From assembly GCA_947495295.1 (NCBI GenBank), contig CANLYJ010000004.1, positions 198,841 through 262,840 on the forward strand: 64,000 nucleotides of DNA, written 5' to 3'. This stretch comes from an uncultured Rhodobacteraceae bacterium. GTDB lineage: Bacteria; Pseudomonadota; Alphaproteobacteria; Rhodobacterales; Rhodobacteraceae. Positions 18,639 through 26,973 of the stretch are shown piece by piece. Under the pieces are notes generated by a model, which did not search any database, was not told the DNA's origin, and saw only the letters and a program-made list of their open reading frames with translations. The translations under genes were made by a program, and so were the position numbers. Every line of letters starts with the position of its first letter. Positions within the stretch are counted from its first letter, which is position 1.

Positions 18639-19744
18639 CAGCTGCCCGGCGGTGGCGGTGGCATTACAGTAAACAGATGCGCCAATTCGGTCACATCCTC
18701 GGCCCGCGTCCAGCCATCCTGGCCCTGGGTCCAGACCATGCTGTCACGCGTCAGCGTACCTTCGGTCACTTTGCGCCCCATGGCGGCCTTGGAGAACGGA
18801 CCGGTCACTTCACCGTCTTCGGCAATGTGCCAGACATGTTCGACCGGCGGGGGTGGGGGCGGCGCGGCCACGGCTGGCGCCGGTGCCGGGGCGCCCCACG
18901 GGCCCGCAACGCGGCCACCCATTTGCATGCCCAGACCGGCCCCCATGCCCATGCCCATCGCCTGACCTGCACCGGACCCTTCCATGGTCATCGCCTCGGC
19001 AGCTTTCCATTTCATATGCTCGTCCAGGTTACCGGCCATGCCACGCGATGTGCGCGCGTCGAGCGCTTTTTCAACCGCGTCAGGCAGGCTGATATTTTCG
19101 ATGTAGAGTTCGGGCAGGGTCAGCCCATATTGTTGCATCGTTGGGTCAATCGCATCCGCAATCAGCTTGCCCAGATCGGCCGTGTTTGCTGCCATATCCA
19201 GCACTGGAATACCGGAGGAGGCGATCACCCGGCTGAATTCCTGCACGATGATGTTGCGGATCTGATAGCTGATTTCATCCATCGTGAACTCACCATCGGT
19301 GCCCACGATTTCGCGCATGAAAATCGCCGGGTCGCTGACCTTCACCGTGTAGGTACCGAAGGCGCGCAGGCGGGTGGATCCGAACTCAGGATCACGCAGC
19401 ATGATCGGATTCTTGGTGCCCCATTTGAGGTTTGAGAACCGGGTCGTGTTGACGAAATAAATCTCGGACTTGAACGGGCTTTTGAAGCCGTGATCCCAAT
19501 GCTGCAAAGTCGTCAGGATCGGCATGTTATTGGTTTCGAGCATATAAAGGCCCGGTGTGAAAACATCTGCCAGCTGACCTTCATGAATGAACACAGCCGC
19601 TTGACCTTCGCGGACAGTCAGTTTGGCGCCGTATTTAATCTCGTGATCTTCACGTTCGAACCGCCAGACCATCGTGTCGCGGGTGTTGTCCGTCCAATGG
19701 ATGACGTCGATGAATTCGCCCGTCAGAAAATCGAAAATGCCCAT
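18638..19744 (-). CDS. SPFH/band-7-like (YdjI-type) protein fused to a C-terminal GYF_2 domain
   Basis: The N-terminal 250 aa resemble YdjI-type virion-core-like SPFH proteins (GIFDFLTGEFIDVIHW...). A G/A/M-rich and Pro-rich linker follows, then WHIAEDGEVTGPFSKAAM..VWTQGQDGWTRAEDV (GYF_2 pattern). Confidence 0.7.
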   Translation of the reverse strand: MGIFDFLTGEFIDVIHWTDNTRDTMVWRFEREDHEIKYGAKLTVREGQAAVFIHEGQLADVFTPGLYMLETNNMPILTTLQHWDHGFKSPFKSEIYFVNTTRFSNLKWGTKNPIMLRDPEFGSTRLRAFGTYTVKVSDPAIFMREIVGTDGEFTMDEISYQIRNIIVQEFSRVIASSGIPVLDMAANTADLGKLIADAIDPTMQQYGLTLPELYIENISLPDAVEKALDARTSRGMAGNLDEHMKWKAAEAMTMEGSGAGQAMGMGMGAGLGMQMGGRVAGPWGAPAPAPAVAAPPPPPPVEHVWHIAEDGEVTGPFSKAAMGRKVTEGTLTRDSMVWTQGQDGWTRAEDVTELAHLFTVMPPPPPGS

Positions 19745-19766
19745 GGATCAGGCCTCCTTGTTCATG

Positions 19767-20732
19767 TCAGCTGGCACCTGTGGCCAAAATCTCGCGCGCG
19801 ATCTGCCGCGCGATCGGGGCTGCCTGCGAGGGGGGCATCCCCGTTTGCAGGCGGCGGTCATAAAGCATCCGCAACAGCAATTCGTCATGCGTTGTCAGCA
19901 ATCCGAATTCTTCGTCGTCATTGAAGATCGACGGGCGGGCTTGCGGGCTGTCATTGGCAAGGCCCAGACCCTGCGCAAGTTCTTCGTGAATGCAGGCCGC
20001 GCGCATCAGATTGGGATGTTCCGCCCGGACAATGGCCACAGCATTGCGGTAGCTGGCCCCGCCCGGGGCAAACGTGCCGACAACGACGCAGAGCTGGTCA
20101 CGGGGCAGGTCGATGATGGCGCGTAAGGTGCGTTCGCTGATCCCTGGGATCAGGGCGCGTAGCCTATCAATATAGCCCCGCCTGTCATCTTCATTCAGAA
20201 ACAGGACGTGGTAGTTCGGGTTCCGGTCTGTTTGGGTAATCTGAAGCCCGGTGATCCGCGACAGGCGCGCCGCATAGACCCCAACGCTGGCCCGATCCGT
20301 TGCCATTTGTGCAGGAGTGGCCGAAGGGCCGAATTCGACAGACATGCGGATCGGCTTTTCCCAGCGGCGCAGTTTTGACACGGTCGCCTGCGGGCTGCTG
20401 AAGTCGCTGTCGTCCCGATATTCGTTGAATAGGGCAATGCGCACGAAGTTTCGGGCGAGTTGCGTATCGGTAAAGGGTGTGTCTGATCCGCCCCCGTCGC
20501 CGCGCAGCAGGCCCTGGGTCAGCAAATCGTTCTGCAGGCGCTGGTAATAGACGGCCAGATCGCGGCTTGCCTGACTTGGGGGTACAGGTGCCGGGGCTGG
20601 GGCAGGCTCAACCGGGCGTGGTGGTTCTGGTGGTTCTGGCGCCGGCTCTGGCGGGAACAATTCGGCGCAGCCTGCCAGCCCCACCGAAAGGAGGACAGCA
20701 AACGCACGCATCGTTGAAACCGGCCGCGACAT
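19767..20732 (-). CDS. DUF2927-like lipoprotein with Pro-rich tether
   Basis: Lipobox SVGLAGC and linker PEPAPEPPEPPRPVEPAPAPAPVPP. The C-terminal domain carries CIHEELAQGLGLANDS, which I recall as the DUF2927 signature. Confidence 0.5.
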   Translation of the reverse strand: MSRPVSTMRAFAVLLSVGLAGCAELFPPEPAPEPPEPPRPVEPAPAPAPVPPSQASRDLAVYYQRLQNDLLTQGLLRGDGGGSDTPFTDTQLARNFVRIALFNEYRDDSDFSSPQATVSKLRRWEKPIRMSVEFGPSATPAQMATDRASVGVYAARLSRITGLQITQTDRNPNYHVLFLNEDDRRGYIDRLRALIPGISERTLRAIIDLPRDQLCVVVGTFAPGGASYRNAVAIVRAEHPNLMRAACIHEELAQGLGLANDSPQARPSIFNDDEEFGLLTTHDELLLRMLYDRRLQTGMPPSQAAPIARQIAREILATGAS

Positions 20733-20738
20733 GATTGA

Positions 20739-21923
20739 TCAGATATCGGCGTCGCCGGGTGCAGCACTTGGAATGCTGCGAGCCTTGGCCGATGCCAGCG
20801 TCTGCTTTAACTCGGCTTCCATCTTGACCATCTCGGCTTCTGCCTCGGCCCGCTTGCGCTTGCCTTCATCGGCGATTTCAAGGCTTTCGTTGATGGTGGC
20901 AATCAGGTTGGCATTCGCCTCTTTCACCGCATTGATGTCAAAGACGCCGCGCTCCATCTCTGTCCGAATGGCGCTGTTGGCCTGTCGCAGGTTTTCGGCA
21001 TTGGCGGTCAGAAGTTCATTGGTCAGGTCGTTGGCATCGCGCACGGCGGCGGCGGCTTCTGACGACCGTTGGATCGTCACCGCTTGTGCGAGCTGTGTTT
21101 CCCACAAGGGGACCGTGTTCACGAGGGTCGAATTGATCTTGGTCACCAGTGATTTGTCGTTTTCCTGCACCAGCCGGATAGAGGGCAGGGACTGCATCGT
21201 CACCTGCCGCGTCAGTTTCAGGTCATGCACGCGGCGTTCCAGATCATCGCGGGCAGAGCGCAGATCGCGCAATTCCTGCGCCTGCATGACCGCCTGATCT
21301 TCGGGGGCGGCTTGAACAGCGGCTTCCTTTTCAGGGATGGTTTTTGCATCCAAATCGGCGACTTTCGCCTCTCCAGCCGCGATGTAAAGCCCCAGTTCGT
21401 CGTAGAAGCTGAGGGTTTTGTCATAAAGCACGTCAAGGCTTTCAATATCCTTGAGCAGCACATGCTCATGCTTCAGCAGATCATCGGTGATGTTGTCGAT
21501 CTGGCCTTGGACCTCTTCAAAACGGGCGGCGAATTTCGCCATGGGTGCTGCGCGACCCAGCAGTTTTTCCCACCAGCTGCGTTCGCGGCGCACATCCAGT
21601 TCAGAGATCGAAAAGCCGCGAATAGTGGTGACAATGTTGCGCAGGCTATCGCCTGCCGGGCCGACATCCTTGTTGCGTACGCCGGCAAGCATGGATTGCG
21701 AAATCTCCTGCAATTCGGCTTGAGCGGCGGAGCCGAAGGACACGATGGAGTTGGTGTCTGTCAGATCAAGCTCATCCATCCGCTTCGTGATTTCAGCGCT
21801 GGTGGGGGCGTCTGCGGCCTCCAGCGTTACTAATTCACCCTGCGGTTCGGGCAGCACAACGGCTGTAACCTTTTCTACCTCGGCCAATGTGGCCTGGGCC
21901 TGTTCGCGGATCGTGTCGGACAT
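20739..21923 (-). CDS. telA: TelA / YaaN family toxic anion resistance protein
   Basis: 394 aa, all-helical. LPSIRLVQENDKSLVTKINSTLVNTVPLWETQL matches the conserved TelA core. Confidence 0.8.
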   Translation of the reverse strand: MSDTIREQAQATLAEVEKVTAVVLPEPQGELVTLEAADAPTSAEITKRMDELDLTDTNSIVSFGSAAQAELQEISQSMLAGVRNKDVGPAGDSLRNIVTTIRGFSISELDVRRERSWWEKLLGRAAPMAKFAARFEEVQGQIDNITDDLLKHEHVLLKDIESLDVLYDKTLSFYDELGLYIAAGEAKVADLDAKTIPEKEAAVQAAPEDQAVMQAQELRDLRSARDDLERRVHDLKLTRQVTMQSLPSIRLVQENDKSLVTKINSTLVNTVPLWETQLAQAVTIQRSSEAAAAVRDANDLTNELLTANAENLRQANSAIRTEMERGVFDINAVKEANANLIATINESLEIADEGKRKRAEAEAEMVKMEAELKQTLASAKARSIPSAAPGDADI

Positions 21924-21926
21924 TGT

Positions 21927-22802
21927 CTAACTCCCTTTATTATTCAGGCTTACGCCTTCGCGCTGCAATCTGTCGCGCAGCACATTGATTTCGATATCCA
22001 TATCGCTGCGATCATCCAGCAGCATCTTGTCCGTCTTGGAGGCAAAGTTGTCCTCAAGATCATCCAGCAGTGCGGCATAGCTTTCGCGCGCATCGGCATC
22101 GTTGTTGCGCGCATAAAGATCGACGAATTTCACCGTCGCATCACGCGCGCCCATCAGATAGACGCCCAGAAACTTGCGCGCACCTGTCAGGTCGCGCGGG
22201 TCTTCCTCAACCGTGCGGATCATCTTTTCGGCAACCGACCGGAAATCAGCCACCCGGCGTTCCAGTTTGCGGTCATTGATCGCGGCGATCTGGGACTGCA
22301 TGACGTCAAGATAGCTTTCGGCCTCATTGACGACGCGGGCAACGCGGTCTTGCTGGCGGGTATCAACACCTTCCATGCGCTTGTCGGTCAGCGGGTCGAT
22401 CCCGAACGCGGCAACATGCAGACCAAGTGCTGCAATACCGTAAAGGCCGGACCCGACAACGCCACTATCGCCGGTATAGGCGGCGATGGCGGCCCCGATC
22501 CCGGTGAGGGCAGAGGCCAGCATCTTGCGCGGCAAGGCAGGGCGCCGGGCCACCTTGCGGGCATGATAAGCGGCTTCGGCTTTCAATCCTTCGCGCAGCA
22601 GCCAGGCGGCGACGGTCAGCACGGCAGCACCGATCAGGGCCAGCACTAGGGTTTGCGGCCCGTCATTCAGCGATGTGAACAGCAGAATAATGGCCGGTAC
22701 GAATAGCAGGTTTGATGTCGCTCCCGGCGCACGGGCCACTGGCGCAGCCGTGCCCGATCCTTGCGCATCAGGACTGAATTTGCCCCCAAACCGCTTTGCC
22801 AT
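21927..22802 (-). CDS. XpaC-like (5-bromo-4-chloroindolyl phosphate hydrolysis family) membrane protein
   Basis: Two or three N-terminal TM helices and a helical C-terminus (FLGVYLMGARDATVKFVDLY...MDIEINVLRDRL) as in B. subtilis XpaC. Sits directly upstream of telA, as xpaC-yaaN do in Bacillus. Confidence 0.6.
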   Translation of the reverse strand: MAKRFGGKFSPDAQGSGTAAPVARAPGATSNLLFVPAIILLFTSLNDGPQTLVLALIGAAVLTVAAWLLREGLKAEAAYHARKVARRPALPRKMLASALTGIGAAIAAYTGDSGVVGSGLYGIAALGLHVAAFGIDPLTDKRMEGVDTRQQDRVARVVNEAESYLDVMQSQIAAINDRKLERRVADFRSVAEKMIRTVEEDPRDLTGARKFLGVYLMGARDATVKFVDLYARNNDADARESYAALLDDLEDNFASKTDKMLLDDRSDMDIEINVLRDRLQREGVSLNNKGS

Positions 22803-23005
22803 CAAACGGCCCCAAGCCAGCCGGACGTAATGCCGATCAGCAAAACGACCAAGGCGATATAGGCAATCCGTTGAAAGGTTTTTGGCATCTGATCCTCACC
22901 CGTTGGCCGTGCCTGCGTCGCAGCCGAATGCACCACGGCAATCGTCGCAGTCGCCACCACCACAATCGCAGCAACAAACAAAATCAACAAGATCAGGCGA
23001 AACAT
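22802..23005 (-). CDS. Small two-TM membrane protein
   Basis: 67 aa with two hydrophobic helices. Its stop shares one nt with the next gene start (TGATG). Confidence 0.5.
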   Translation of the reverse strand: MFRLILLILFVAAIVVVATATIAVVHSAATQARPTGEDQMPKTFQRIAYIALVVLLIGITSGWLGAV

Positions 23006-23059
23006 CGGTCCCTCGCATTTTGTTCCACTCCCGTCCTAGGTAGGTGCGCAATGCTGCCA

Positions 23060-23911
23060 TTACGAGTGTTTCTGCAAGGCGGCACGTTCTGCGTTCAGCT
23101 TGCGTGAATAGCCTGATTGCAAGATTTCGACGGCAAAAAGGACAACAACCGAGAAGTAGAAAGTCGATTTCGACATCGGCACGATTTCACGGTCAAACAC
23201 CTTCAAGGCAAGGTCCTTGGCCTCTTCATGGGGAATGCCCATCGCCTCAACCCCGTGGACCGCAGCCTGCCCAGCCTCGCCCAGCAGGACAACACCAACA
23301 ATCAGCAAGATGAACAGGCCCAGAACCTCGTACATGCGGTTCTTTTCCAGAAAACGGGTGACACCGTCGGCCAGCAACAGCATCGCCAATCCAGATAGGA
23401 TAATGGCCGTCGCCAGAACGGGAATGACATCCGTGATCGCAATGGCCGACAGCACTGAATCAAAAGAAAAGATCAGGTTCATAAAGACAATCAGACCAAT
23501 GACCTGCGCCGCCGATTTTCCTGATTTGCCTTCGACATCATGACCCAGATCATCCATCGACAGCATATGAGAAATCTCTTTGACGGCGGTATACATGATG
23601 AAGATACCGCCAAAGATGAACACGACCGTGGCAAAGTTGACGCCACCGGTTAGCACGCCTTCCCAATCAAAGACATAAAACGGCTCTGACAAAGCGCCGA
23701 TCAGCGTGATCATCACGTAAAGCAGGATCAGACGCAGGGCGACGGCCAGGATGATGCCCCAACGGCGAACGGCCTGTTGTTGGGCCACAGGCGCGCGCTT
23801 ACTTTCGATCGATATGTAAAGCAGATTGTCAAAGCCCAGAACCGCTTGCAAAAAGCACAGCATGATCAAGTTTGTCGCGTTCTCAAGCGTCAGTAGATTG
23901 GCAAAATCCAC
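23060..23911 (-). CDS. terC: TerC family integral membrane protein
   Basis: LQAVLGFDNLLYISIE and FSFDSVLSAIAITD repeated TerC motifs, about 7 TM helices. GTG start preceded by GGGGAG. Confidence 0.8.
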   Translation of the reverse strand: MDFANLLTLENATNLIMLCFLQAVLGFDNLLYISIESKRAPVAQQQAVRRWGIILAVALRLILLYVMITLIGALSEPFYVFDWEGVLTGGVNFATVVFIFGGIFIMYTAVKEISHMLSMDDLGHDVEGKSGKSAAQVIGLIVFMNLIFSFDSVLSAIAITDVIPVLATAIILSGLAMLLLADGVTRFLEKNRMYEVLGLFILLIVGVVLLGEAGQAAVHGVEAMGIPHEEAKDLALKVFDREIVPMSKSTFYFSVVVLFAVEILQSGYSRKLNAERAALQKHS

Positions 23912-23979
23912 AGCAGTCTCCCCAAAGTCCCGTTTTTACCTAACATGCACAACGCATCTGGTAGGGCAAGGGTTCAAAA

Positions 23980-24774
23980 TTAAGCGTTTTTCCCCCTTCT
24001 GGGGCGATTGACGGGCTTGCGGACCCTTGTTGGCTTTGGTTTGCCCGACAGGCCAAGTTGATCACGCACGACGCGCTGCTTGAGTTCCTCGACGTCACCC
24101 GCTTTCAAAGCGCCAAGTTGGAACGGGCCATAGCTGACGCGGATCAGACGATTCACCGTGACATCAAGCGCCTGCATGGCGCGGCGGATTTCACGATTTT
24201 TACCTTCGCGCAGCGACACGGTCAGCCAGGCGTTGGCACCTTGCTGGCGATCGAAGGTAACGGTCATCGGTTGATAGCGGATCCCTTCAACCGTGATCCC
24301 GGCGCGCAAAAGGTCGAGCTTTGCCTCGCTCACCGATCCGTTGATGCGCACCCGGTAGCGGCGCAACCAACCGGTGCTGGGCAGTTCCAGCTGGCGTTTG
24401 ACCGCGCCATCATTGGTCAATAGCAGCAGACCTTCGGAATTCAGATCAAGCCGACCCACCGACATCACCCGGGGCAGGTTATCAGGCAAGGCGGAAAAAA
24501 CCGTCGGGCGGTCTTTTTCATCGCGTTCGGTTGTGACCAGACCGGCGGGCTTGTGGTAAAGCCAGATGCGCGGCGGCTCTGGCTCTCCAACGGGTTTCCC
24601 GTCCACCGTGATCTTGTCGGCCGACGTGACATTCAGGGCAGGGCTGTCAATCATCTGACCGTTGACCGCGACGCGGCCGGCCGTAATCATCCGCTCTGCC
24701 TCGCGGCGGCTGGCGACGCCCGCGCGGGACAAAACCTTGGCGATGCGGTCGCCTGATGAAGGATCGGTGGTCAT
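23980..24774 (-). CDS. rRNA pseudouridine synthase (RsuA/RluB family)
   Basis: N-terminal S4 domain (RIAKVLSRAGVASRREAE), catalytic GRLDLNSEGLLLLTNDG, and a basic C-terminal tail. Confidence 0.88.
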   Translation of the reverse strand: MTTDPSSGDRIAKVLSRAGVASRREAERMITAGRVAVNGQMIDSPALNVTSADKITVDGKPVGEPEPPRIWLYHKPAGLVTTERDEKDRPTVFSALPDNLPRVMSVGRLDLNSEGLLLLTNDGAVKRQLELPSTGWLRRYRVRINGSVSEAKLDLLRAGITVEGIRYQPMTVTFDRQQGANAWLTVSLREGKNREIRRAMQALDVTVNRLIRVSYGPFQLGALKAGDVEELKQRVVRDQLGLSGKPKPTRVRKPVNRPRRGKNA

Positions 24775-24844
24775 GCGACTGCTCTATTGTGCATCGGTGG
24801 GCTGCGCAACAATTGTGTTACGGATGTAGCGACCCGGACACGAC

Positions 24845-25234
24845 CTAGCCAAGATAGTCGATGATCGGACAATCGGGTCGATTGTCTCCACGACAGGACT
24901 TTACCAGATGCGCCAACGCATCGTGCAGCGATTGTAGTTCCTGTTGCTTCACCTCGATTTCCGCCAGGCGCTTGGAGGCGATGCGCTTGACCTCAGCACT
25001 GGTGCGGTCCTGATCCTGATCCTGATACAGCCCCAGAAGCTCCCGGCACTCCTCGATGCTAAATCCAAATTCTCGTGACCGCCGCACAAATACCAGCTTG
25101 CGGACTGCAATGTCATCGTAGGTTCGATACCCGGACGCCGATCGGCAAGGCGCCTCGACCAGATTGATATCGGCGTAGTAACGCACGGTTTTGACGGGCA
25201 GACCCGCCGCTTTTGATGCTGCCGAGATATTCAT
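24845..25234 (-). CDS. cueR: MerR family Cu(I)-responsive regulator (CueR/HmrR-like)
   Basis: MNISAASKAAGLPVKTVRYYADINLV HTH and the C-terminal metal loop CRGDNRPDCP (C-x7-C-P as in CueR). Start at ATG 25234, not the long track ORF. Confidence 0.8.
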   Translation of the reverse strand: MNISAASKAAGLPVKTVRYYADINLVEAPCRSASGYRTYDDIAVRKLVFVRRSREFGFSIEECRELLGLYQDQDQDRTSAEVKRIASKRLAEIEVKQQELQSLHDALAHLVKSCRGDNRPDCPIIDYLG

Positions 25235-25245
25235 AGAAAACACCC

Positions 25246-25276
25246 TTGACCTTCCAGTAACTGGAGAGATTAGGTG
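25246..25276 (+). promoter_or_regulatory. MerR-type promoter/operator with long spacer
   Basis: TTGACC, a 19-nt spacer holding the dyad TCCAGtaaCTGGA, then TAGGTG. Nearly superimposable on the E. coli PcopA layout (TTGACCTTCC...). Divergent from cueR and upstream of the Grx-MauE gene. Confidence 0.6.
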
Positions 25277-25342
25277 TATGTCAATCGAGATGCAAGAGGG
25301 CCATTTCGTCGATGTGCTCATCCGCAAAAAGGAATTGATACA

Positions 25343-26077
25343 ATGACCAAAACCGCAACTCTTTATCGAATGGTGATGACAGATCACATGTGCCCATATG
25401 GGCTGAAATCGAAAGATTTGTTGGAACGACAGGGATTCGAAGTGGATGATCGCCATCTGACCAGTCGTGAAGAGGTCGATGCCTTCAAGACGAAGCATGA
25501 TGTTGCCACGACGCCTCAGACGTTCATTGGGGACAAACGGATTGGAGGCTTCGATGACCTAAGCGCCCACTTGGGGAAATCGACACGTGCGGATGGCGAT
25601 ACGACCTACGTGCCGGTGATCGCTTTGTTCGCTGTCGCGGCGTCGTTTGCTGTGGCGGTGACTTGGTTGGTGCAGGGCACCGTGCTCAGCGGGCGGACGG
25701 TAGAATGGTTCATATCGATTTCGATGGTGTTGCTTGGCCTGCAGAAGCTGCAGGATGTGGAACGCTTCGCCACGATGTTCCTGAACTATGATCTATTGGC
25801 ACAACGGTGGGTGCGCTACGGCTACATCTACCCCTTTGTTGAGACGGGTGCGGGTCTGCTGATGATGGCAGGGGTTCTGACATGGCTTTCGGCCCCTGCT
25901 GCGTTCATCGTTGCAAGCATTGGTGCAGTCAGCGTGTTCAAAGCGGTGTACATCGACAAGCGTGAACTAAAGTGCGCTTGTGTTGGCGGTGACAGCAAGG
26001 TTCCCCTTGGGTTCGTCTCATTGATCGAGAACCTGATGATGATTGGCATGGCGGTCTGGATGCTCTCAAAGCTGTGA
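25343..26077 (+). CDS. Glutaredoxin-like domain fused to MauE/DoxX-type membrane domain
   Basis: N-terminal Grx fold (LYRMVMTDHMCPYGLKSKDLL...TTPQTFIGDKRIGGFDDL) followed by 4 TM helices with a late CAC motif (ELKCACVGG). Confidence 0.65.
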   Translation: MTKTATLYRMVMTDHMCPYGLKSKDLLERQGFEVDDRHLTSREEVDAFKTKHDVATTPQTFIGDKRIGGFDDLSAHLGKSTRADGDTTYVPVIALFAVAASFAVAVTWLVQGTVLSGRTVEWFISISMVLLGLQKLQDVERFATMFLNYDLLAQRWVRYGYIYPFVETGAGLLMMAGVLTWLSAPAAFIVASIGAVSVFKAVYIDKRELKCACVGGDSKVPLGFVSLIENLMMIGMAVWMLSKL

Positions 26078-26151
26078 ACACTCATTATTTGACCCTCCAC
26101 TTACTGGAAGCCGTATCACTTGGTCAAAACAAAGAAGAATCAGGATTATTC

Positions 26152-26592
26152 ATGAAATCAGCCATAGCAATCGGCGCTATTGTCCTCGCGGTTGGGTTTG
26201 CATACGCCCGGTGGCCTGTAGCTGACCAAAGCGTTCAAACAGCGCCTGAAACTGGGTCGACAGGTGGTAGCACTGCACTCGCGGAAGTGCGTGTGCCAGA
26301 CGTTCAGTCGCCGAATGCCCAGATTGGGAGTGTTGCTTATAATGCAAAATGCGCGGCCTGTCATGGTGTGAACGCTGCGGGGCAAGATGGTATTGCGCCC
26401 CCGTTGGTTCATCGAATTTATGAGCCAAGCCACCATGCAGACGAGAGCTTCCAACGTGCTGCGGCCTTAGGTGTTCGAGCACACCATTGGTCGTTCGGCG
26501 ATATGCCCGCAGTCGAAGGCTTAACACGCGGCGATGTGGCCATGATCACCGCCTATATTCGAGAACTACAACGTGCAAACGACATCAACTAA
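26152..26592 (+). CDS. Membrane-anchored c-type cytochrome
   Basis: Signal/anchor helix and heme motif CAACHG, then a His-rich segment (PSHHADE..RAHHWSFGDMP) seen in cop-cluster cytochromes. Confidence 0.75.
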   Translation: MKSAIAIGAIVLAVGFAYARWPVADQSVQTAPETGSTGGSTALAEVRVPDVQSPNAQIGSVAYNAKCAACHGVNAAGQDGIAPPLVHRIYEPSHHADESFQRAAALGVRAHHWSFGDMPAVEGLTRGDVAMITAYIRELQRANDIN

Positions 26593-26628
26593 TCAGCCAT
26601 GAGAGCAGATTGAGACAGGAACCAGGGA

Positions 26629-26973
26629 ATGAAGAACGTATTGCTTGCCGGACTAGCTGGGCTTTGGGCCACAGGCGCGATAGCGCACTCGCCGCTCGAT
26701 AGCACCACGCCCCCGCATGAGGCGGTGGTGACAGAGATGCCGACAGAGGTCCAAATGAATTTCAAAGACGACATCCGCCTGACCCGCGTTGTCGTTACGC
26801 ACGCGGACACGCAAGGAACGGAAATGGACCTTGGCGATCAAACGACTTTCATGCAGCAATTTACGCTACCGATGCGGGATATGGGGGCAGGCACTTATGT
26901 GGTTGAATGGCGGGGATTGGGCGCTGACGGTCACGCCCTGAACGGAATATTCAGTTTTACTGTCGAACAATGA
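26629..26973 (+). CDS. copC: CopC copper-binding periplasmic protein
   Basis: Signal peptide ending AIA then HSPL (mature N-terminal His). YVVEWRGLGADGHALNGIFSFTV is the CopC C-terminal pattern. Confidence 0.88.
   Translation: MKNVLLAGLAGLWATGAIAHSPLDSTTPPHEAVVTEMPTEVQMNFKDDIRLTRVVVTHADTQGTEMDLGDQTTFMQQFTLPMRDMGAGTYVVEWRGLGADGHALNGIFSFTVEQ

Noticed and set aside
16804-23911. Interpreting the TerC-TelA-SPFH operon as an anti-phage defence system
   Set aside because: No nuclease, ATPase/helicase, TIR/SIR2, cyclase or protease effector is recognisable and no mobile-element context is visible. Stress or membrane-integrity function fits better, though phage challenge remains a cheap test.
23912-23979. 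A yybP-ykoY (Mn) riboswitch upstream of the TerC-family gene
   Set aside because: Only 68 nt separate the upstream stop from the GTG start. That is too short for the four-helix element, and apart from a GGGGAG that works as the Shine-Dalgarno sequence I saw no conserved riboswitch blocks.
24845-25498. N-terminally extended track ORFs (also 8010-8534, 8302-9036, 26074-26592, 27752-29128, 43656-46967, 51994-52989, 60975-62453)
   Set aside because: The extensions run through intergenic or neighbouring-gene sequence (one crosses the tRNA) and precede obvious native N-termini such as signal peptides, HTH starts and SD-ATG pairs. The internal start was used in each case.
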